Shown here: piece after piece, positions 58,591 to 64,000 of the stretch | Layout: every line of letters begins with the position of its first letter | Position numbering within the stretch: the first letter of the stretch is position 1 | DNA from: an uncultured archaeon | GTDB lineage: Archaea; Aenigmatarchaeota; Aenigmatarchaeia; CG10238-14; SCSR01 | Length of the DNA stretch: 64,000 bases | Reading direction: 5' to 3' | NCBI GenBank assembly: GCA_964646855.1 | Contig: CAZYHQ010000001.1 | Coordinates: 3,414-67,413, forward strand | Program-made: the position numbers and the translations under genes | The notes under the pieces: model-generated | Database searches by the model: none | Told to the model about the DNA's origin: nothing | The model's input: only the letters and a program-made list of their open reading frames with translations

Positions 58591-61500
58591 TTAAGATCAC
58601 TTTGTGTTCTTGGTTCAATGAGATGAGTCTCTTTTCCAGTCAGCCAAGTATCAATAAAAGGATCTAGTGGTCTAAACCACCATCTGACCGCACCAACAAA
58701 ACTGGTCCATGTATCTTTAGGTTCGTCTTTAAAATACGGATCAATGATTGCATTTGTGTTTTCTTGTTTTGCGTGGTAAAATTTTCCCGGGTTCATAATG
58801 TTCTCTGCATCAAGGCGGTCGTCCAAACCAAAGAAATGACCGACCTCATGTACGTATTGCTCTCGATCTGTAGTCCATTCACCAGTCCTACCATAGTTAT
58901 TATCTAATGGAAGATTACCAAAAGGAACGATAGATTTATCTCTCTTAGAAATACTAAAGATTTCTACGGCATTCTCATACAAGGGTATGTAATCAGGCTT
59001 ACTACTTACATATGCAACCTTAACATCAAATCTTACATTATAAGTCTGCCCCCCGCTTTGATAAGTAAATCCTTGATTCCAAACGAAATTTATATCTTCT
59101 TCCATTTGCTTTGCAAGATCTGCATTAGCAGCATCACCATAAATGTAGATTGTGGTGCTAACCACGATTTCTTTATTTTCGTCGTCAATTACAAGTTTTG
59201 CATCTCTTCCTGTCGGGTCGATATATTTTATCGGATTGTTTAACGAATATGAAAATCTATTCAAACTCTGGGAATTATATATATTTGGTACATTTACATC
59301 AGGTTGATGCCATCTGCCTATACACGGATTGTAATATCTGGCACCATAATAAAATTGACAACTAGAATCTTTGAATTGCCCAGTGTATAGTTTATTTTCA
59401 GCACTTCCCCCACCCAGCAACTCCCCGAACGGACTATAGAACGTGTTCTCAACAACATTCCCATTCTGATTTGTTATTAAACTAGTGCTTCCCAAATGAT
59501 CCGGATGATAGTAATATTTCGAGCCGTCTGGATTGACACGTGCGACTAAAGTACCGTCTTGGTAAATGTAAGTGAAGTCAAATGTTCCGCTGCTATTAAC
59601 TATCCGCATCAGCTCTTTGAACGGCGTGTAAATTTTCGTGCTGGCTGAATCGTTTCTCTCGATTTTTATGCGGATACCAAACGGATCGTATGTGTAATTT
59701 TCGATAATTGGTGAACTGACAGTAGAGCCATTGCGAATTATTATCAACTGATTTAGCGCGTCATACTCGCGATAAAATCCGTCACCAGTTACTAAATTGC
59801 CACCACCCTGTTGCTGCTGGCGAATTAAATTTCCAGCAAGATTGTAAGTGTAAGTCCAGTTGCCGAGATCAGGATCGATCAATGCGGTGCGCCTGCCGAG
59901 TGAATCGTAAGTAAAACTAAAAATGTTTCCTAACGAATCAGTAATTTTTACGAGATTATCACTAGTGTCGTACTCATAGCTAGTATTGTAAATGTCTGAC
60001 TCGAAATTCCAGCCGAGAACAGGATCGTTATTGTATTCGAGAACATTTTTAATACGATCGTATGTATCAAGAACGTAAGCCTTGCGATGTCCATTTTCAT
60101 CGTATGCTGTAATCGTGCGATGGTCGAAATTAATTGTCTTGTTGCTGCTATCCGGATTCAAAACAAAATTAACTCTGCCTAGAGTATCGTAAGTGTAATT
60201 AGTAGCATTAACAGTTGAAGAAGGAGTTGACAATGAAACAGAAAACGTATCGAAATATGGATTGCTCTCAGAAATAACTCTGCCCAATCCGTCATAATAA
60301 AAGTTTTTGACAATCTGCCTGTTGTTGTCTGCCGGACGCTTTAGCTGAATGAAGTTTCCAAATCCATCATAGTAAAAATATGTATCTGAAGTTTTGTTCG
60401 CTGAAGTTCGCTGTGAAATCTTAATATATTCAGGAGTATTACCATCGAAAAAGTAAGTGTAATTCTTAGTAGGCAACTCGTATGAATCAAACGGTTGCAC
60501 TTCCTTAATTATTCTGCCGAAAATGTCGTAGTAGAAATAATTAGTGATTTCGTTCTGCTTCTGCCAAATCAGATTGCCGGTACCAATGTCATAAGCGTAA
60601 TCAGCAGTGTGGAACAAAGCATTAGTGATTCTGTCTGGGTAAGTGAACGTAGTGTCGCGCAACCCGTATGTGTAAGTCGTCTCAGCACCGAGCGGATTGG
60701 TCTCGCGGATTACATTGCCGAGAGAATCGTATGCAAACTTTGTCTTTTGATTGCCTCCAGTATCCAGCCAGTTGTCTATTTCTGTCAAGTCTCCGCGAAT
60801 GGGAGCAGCAGAGTAAGGAAGATTATCGTAAGAATATTTTGTCTCTATAACCTTTGTAGAGTTGTCAGAAGCAAACAGCAAGTACCAGCTAAGTCTGTCA
60901 ACAATCCAGCCAGAAGTGTTTAATGCGTATGCATACCGCTCGTATTTTTCATCGCCGCTGATGTTAACATCGCCGAAGAAATTTCTGTGCAAAACATTTC
61001 CATAACTGTCGTAAACGTAAGAAACATTTGTGATGTTTGGTGCAATCGGTGAACCGTCGTAGAAATAATTTGTCTGAGACAGCAGGAAAGTTTTGTGATA
61101 CAGATTGCCTCCAACGGAGATGTTTGTATAATTAAAGAAATTTTCAGCGCGAGAAAACAAACTGCGGGAAGAATTGTAAATTTCAGTTTTGTATTCCTTG
61201 CCTTTGCGGGCATCGTCTTGATGGAAATAATGGACAATTAAACTTTTGTCAGGAAGAGTTTCGTTTGTCAAGGCAAACCCGCGGAATTCGGAATTGTCGT
61301 AATCGTAACTTCCGCCGGAGTAGTTGTATGTATAGTTTGCAATTACAGCAAACCTGCCGGGCATCGAGTTGTTTTGCAAAACATTCCGTACGACCCAAAT
61401 ATTGAATCCTAAATCGGACAGCGAGTCGTTGCCTGTGTTGTTGAATTGAGTTGACTTGTTGTACTGGACAGAAACGGAGTCTATTGTAATTGTCCCGCCG

Positions 61501-63575
61501 TATTCAGTTGTTATCTTTTTCAGCAGGAATGGAGTGGTAATGTTTTTCTCCCATGTCCAGAACTGGGTAGTAGTCTCGTTCTTGTAGGCTACCACAAGGT
61601 CTGCAAACCCGTCGCCATTGACATCAGCAAGCCTCCTGCCTTTATTCTGGCCATGACTCAGAAGAATTTCATTTACATTCCAAGAGTCATTTTGCAACCA
61701 GCCAGTGCCGTTGTTTATCCAAACATGTTTTTCTGTATTTGTGCTGTTTTCCATCCCAACCACAAGGTCTACCAACCCATCCCCGTTTATTTCCAAAAGT
61801 CTGAGACCTGTATCGCCATTATCTACAAAGTTCATCGGAATATCATTCCAAACAGAGGAATTTTCCCAACCATTGCCGTTATTCAGCCAAGCACGTTTCG
61901 TCTGACCACCGCCCCATTCTCTGTAGGATTCGATTATATCTGGAAGACCGTCGCCATTGACGTCTTCAACTCTTACTCCCTTGTCTGTGTTGCCATCCAT
62001 GAAGTAAGTCGGCGGCAGCCAAGTTGCGGTCGCGTCTGTCCAACCTTTTCCTGTGTTCAGCCATGCCGATTTGTTTTTTGGGCTCTCGAAAGTGTTTTCC
62101 CTAGACATCAAAATGTCCACTCTGCCGTCTCCGTTGAAGTCGGTGAACAGCACACCGAAATCAGGGATTCCCGTAGAACTTCTAACAAAATCTATGGGTG
62201 GCTTCCAGATGCTAGATACATCAATCCATCCGTTGCCGTTGTTCATCCACGCTTTTCTCTCTGAAGGGTAAGTCGCATCGGCACGAAGTATGTCAACAAA
62301 CCCGTCGCCGTTGAAATCCACAAGCCTGAAACCGTAATCTTCCTGCAGAGGACCGAGGAACTCAATCGGCGGAGCCCATACAGAACTCGCGTCAGTCCAA
62401 TTGTTCGCACCGTTGTTGAGCCAAGCCTTTTTTGCAATATTGCCGCCACTGAAGTCCCTGCCCTGTATCATATCGACGTAACCGTCCCTGTTCAGATCCA
62501 CCAGACGCACGCCATCATCTTCAATGGTGTCTGAAAACTCGACTGGTGCAATCCAGACTGTCGTGCGGTTTCTGTAACCAATCTCTGGATAATGATATGC
62601 AAAGGAAACTTGGTGCAGCAAAGATGTACCATCTGAACCAAAATATTTTATTTTTGCAAGCGAGAACGACGACTGTTCCGCGCTCAAATTTGCATATTCG
62701 AATCTGTAATTTCTTACGGCCAACCCGTTAGCCCAAACGACTATCTCCGAAAGTCTCCTGCTTTGGTTTACGTAATGACCCTGTTCGATTACCAACCTTC
62801 TAGCGCCTGTAGCCTCGTAACTGAAATCTACCTGCCTCTGTTGGTCGTTGTTGTAGACAATCTGCGAAGGATAAGTAACATTCCTGTCTTCTGGATTCGA
62901 GTTTTCAAGATACGAGTAAATTATCTTGTTGTCGTGAGTGTCCTTGACTTCGTCCAAGTACCAGCGGAGCGAATAGTTTCTTGCCACAGTAGACTCCAAC
63001 TCGGAATCATTGTTGTAACCAAACCTGTATCGCATGCCGTCTTTCGTTGTGACAACCCAATAAACGCTGTTGTTATTTGGAGCGCCTGTCAGGTTTTGTA
63101 CTTTCAAAAACGATTCCATTTTTGTGTGGTAAAGACCATCAGATGAGTCGTAAACCAAATCGTAAGAAGCATCGTTGAAAATTAATTTGAATTCGTCGTC
63201 GCTAACATTGCTGGGAGTGGAGTTTACGTCTCTGTATACGTAGTTCTGTGTGATTGACCAACCGGAACCCAGCAAACCGCTTTGTTTTGCAGACTGGCTG
63301 TTATAGGACAGTGCAACCGACGGTTGCAGACCGTTCGTGCCAGACGGCGTTTCAATTGAATACGTATAAGTCGCCGCACCTGGGAACAAATTAGTTGCGT
63401 AACTTCCGTACAATTTTAATTTCGGATGCTCGGGAATCTGCGGTTCATGCAGGTAGGGTTTGTAAGGATCTGCGGCTGATGCATGTTGCACATTAAAAAG
63501 GAAAATCGTGAAAAATAAAATTGCGAAAACAACCTCGAAATTTTTTTGGGGTAAAATTTTCTGAATAAATTTCAC
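58587..63575 (-). CDS. Tc-toxin/teneurin-like RHS-repeat polymorphic toxin with C-terminal zinc-metallopeptidase domain
   Basis: Signal peptide (…FNVQHASA-ADP); six FG-GAP/VCBS-like motifs (DLNRDGYVDM, DFNGDGFVDIL, DFNGDGRVDIL, DVNGDGLPDII, INGDGLVDLV, DVNGDGFADLV); many YD repeats; RHS core (YYHPDHLGSTSL...YTGQ...YYGARYYNPCIGRWHQPD...YIDPTGR); then a ~230-aa tip with HEVGHFFGLDD (HExxHxxGxxD). Confidence 0.85.
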   Translation of the reverse strand: MKFIQKILPQKNFEVVFAILFFTIFLFNVQHASAADPYKPYLHEPQIPEHPKLKLYGSYATNLFPGAATYTYSIETPSGTNGLQPSVALSYNSQSAKQSGLLGSGWSITQNYVYRDVNSTPSNVSDDEFKLIFNDASYDLVYDSSDGLYHTKMESFLKVQNLTGAPNNNSVYWVVTTKDGMRYRFGYNNDSELESTVARNYSLRWYLDEVKDTHDNKIIYSYLENSNPEDRNVTYPSQIVYNNDQQRQVDFSYEATGARRLVIEQGHYVNQSRRLSEIVVWANGLAVRNYRFEYANLSAEQSSFSLAKIKYFGSDGTSLLHQVSFAYHYPEIGYRNRTTVWIAPVEFSDTIEDDGVRLVDLNRDGYVDMIQGRDFSGGNIAKKAWLNNGANNWTDASSVWAPPIEFLGPLQEDYGFRLVDFNGDGFVDILRADATYPSERKAWMNNGNGWIDVSSIWKPPIDFVRSSTGIPDFGVLFTDFNGDGRVDILMSRENTFESPKNKSAWLNTGKGWTDATATWLPPTYFMDGNTDKGVRVEDVNGDGLPDIIESYREWGGGQTKRAWLNNGNGWENSSVWNDIPMNFVDNGDTGLRLLEINGDGLVDLVVGMENSTNTEKHVWINNGTGWLQNDSWNVNEILLSHGQNKGRRLADVNGDGFADLVVAYKNETTTQFWTWEKNITTPFLLKKITTEYGGTITIDSVSVQYNKSTQFNNTGNDSLSDLGFNIWVVRNVLQNNSMPGRFAVIANYTYNYSGGSYDYDNSEFRGFALTNETLPDKSLIVHYFHQDDARKGKEYKTEIYNSSRSLFSRAENFFNYTNISVGGNLYHKTFLLSQTNYFYDGSPIAPNITNVSYVYDSYGNVLHRNFFGDVNISGDEKYERYAYALNTSGWIVDRLSWYLLFASDNSTKVIETKYSYDNLPYSAAPIRGDLTEIDNWLDTGGNQKTKFAYDSLGNVIRETNPLGAETTYTYGLRDTTFTYPDRITNALFHTADYAYDIGTGNLIWQKQNEITNYFYYDIFGRIIKEVQPFDSYELPTKNYTYFFDGNTPEYIKISQRTSANKTSDTYFYYDGFGNFIQLKRPADNNRQIVKNFYYDGLGRVISESNPYFDTFSVSLSTPSSTVNATNYTYDTLGRVNFVLNPDSSNKTINFDHRTITAYDENGHRKAYVLDTYDRIKNVLEYNNDPVLGWNFESDIYNTSYEYDTSDNLVKITDSLGNIFSFTYDSLGRRTALIDPDLGNWTYTYNLAGNLIRQQQQGGGNLVTGDGFYREYDALNQLIIIRNGSTVSSPIIENYTYDPFGIRIKIERNDSASTKIYTPFKELMRIVNSSGTFDFTYIYQDGTLVARVNPDGSKYYYHPDHLGSTSLITNQNGNVVENTFYSPFGELLGGGSAENKLYTGQFKDSSCQFYYGARYYNPCIGRWHQPDVNVPNIYNSQSLNRFSYSLNNPIKYIDPTGRDAKLVIDDENKEIVVSTTIYIYGDAANADLAKQMEEDINFVWNQGFTYQSGGQTYNVRFDVKVAYVSSKPDYIPLYENAVEIFSISKRDKSIVPFGNLPLDNNYGRTGEWTTDREQYVHEVGHFFGLDDRLDAENIMNPGKFYHAKQENTNAIIDPYFKDEPKDTWTSFVGAVRWWFRPLDPFIDTWLTGKETHLIEPRTQSDLN
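59607..59654. repeat. 48-bp direct repeat, copy inside the RHS gene (partner of 57836-57883)
   Basis: See the partner repeat. Confidence 0.85.
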
Positions 63576-63579
63576 CCTC

Positions 63580-64000
63580 CTAAGAAATTCTTGTAGCGTT
63601 TATGAAATTTTGGACTTGAGTCGTGGTTTCAGCAGAAGTTAGGTTCGTCATTTCTAAAACATACAGTGAAGTGCTTATGTTTGGTATACTTGTTAGCGCA
63701 TCGCTGCCGGTTAAGTAGTTAAATGCCCAGTACTGAGCTCCGTATTTAGTGACTTCATCGAACCTTCCTAACTTTTGGAAATTGGAGGCATTGCGTACAT
63801 AGATTTGCTGATCTGTGAATATTGGAGCAGTGCTGCCAAGAACATTTCTAATTCCGGTGTTAATTGCATTTCTTGCATCCGCTTCACTGGTATTTGGTGT
63901 ATTATTTAGATCGCCTGCCCCCCAAGAATAAGTAGGTTCTGGTATTGTAAAATTCCTTACTGCGAACCAGTCTAAAACATATCTTCCGCTCGGACCAGTT
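63580..64000 (-). CDS. 3' end of a further secreted-looking, sequon-rich protein that runs off the window edge
   Basis: Manual translation of minus frame 63583-63999 gives 139 codons without a stop (…SGRYVLDWFAVRNFTIPEPTYSWGAGDLNNTPNTSEADARNAINTGIRNVLGSTAPIFTDQQIYVRNASNFQKLGRFDEVTKYGAQYWAFNYLTGSDALTSIPNISTSLYVLEMTNLTSAETTTQVQNFINATRIS*). Stop TAG is 4 nt upstream of the RHS start. Confidence 0.4.
   Translation of the reverse strand, partial: TGPSGRYVLDWFAVRNFTIPEPTYSWGAGDLNNTPNTSEADARNAINTGIRNVLGSTAPIFTDQQIYVRNASNFQKLGRFDEVTKYGAQYWAFNYLTGSDALTSIPNISTSLYVLEMTNLTSAETTTQVQNFINATRIS

Noticed and set aside
61653-62264. 203-aa plus-strand ORF and other 60-140-aa plus-strand ORFs inside the RHS gene (60495-63146)
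   Set aside because: All lie antisense to a continuous 1662-aa ORF with clear repeat and core motifs. Their translations lack any motif.
1-64000. CRISPR arrays, rRNA genes, transposases/IS elements, integrases
   Set aside because: No regularly spaced direct repeats, no rRNA-like GC-rich structured segments, and no translation resembling DDE/serine/tyrosine recombinases were seen on either strand.

Overview
This window is AT-rich, compact chromosomal DNA that looks archaeal, possibly from a small-genome (DPANN-like) lineage. Genes are tightly packed, many overlap by a few bases, and alternative start codons appear common. It divides into three parts. (1) Positions ~1-26300 carry information-processing and housekeeping genes: an HD hydrolase, a DHH/DHHA1 RecJ-like phosphoesterase, an Lrp/AsnC regulator, fibrillarin + Nop5, HtpX, TrmI, tRNA-Pro(CGG), the Hel308 helicase, a DHFR-ThyA-GlyA folate/thymidylate cluster, Kae1, LigT, a Toprim protein, CBS proteins, the Hjc resolvase, a metallophosphoesterase, a DP1-like (B-subunit-like) gene immediately followed by a family-B DNA polymerase with a C-terminal Cys4 module, a PAP2 phosphatase and a SecD-like membrane protein. 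(2) Positions ~26300-55600 are a ~29 kb glycan-biosynthesis island with nucleotide-sugar dehydrogenases, epimerases/dehydratases, three nucleotidyltransferases, GT2/GT4 glycosyltransferases, three ArnT/PMT-like GT-C membrane glycosyltransferases, a Wzx-like flippase, a sugar aminotransferase, and a CDP-glucose pathway (RfbF, RfbG) with a C-methyltransferase and a 2,3-dehydratase-like gene. (3) Positions ~55600-64000 hold a minus-strand operon of secreted proteins very rich in N-x-S/T sequons. Its centrepiece is a 1662-aa Tc-toxin/RHS-type polymorphic toxin with FG-GAP-like repeats, YD repeats, an RHS core and a C-terminal HExxHxxGxxD zinc-metallopeptidase tip. It is followed by a tightly coupled small membrane-anchored ORF (candidate immunity/partner), a 48-bp near-identical core-derived repeat, and a second YD-repeat secreted protein. 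No CRISPR arrays, rRNA genes or transposases were seen. All calls come from reading the ORF translations for motifs; nothing was searched against a database.
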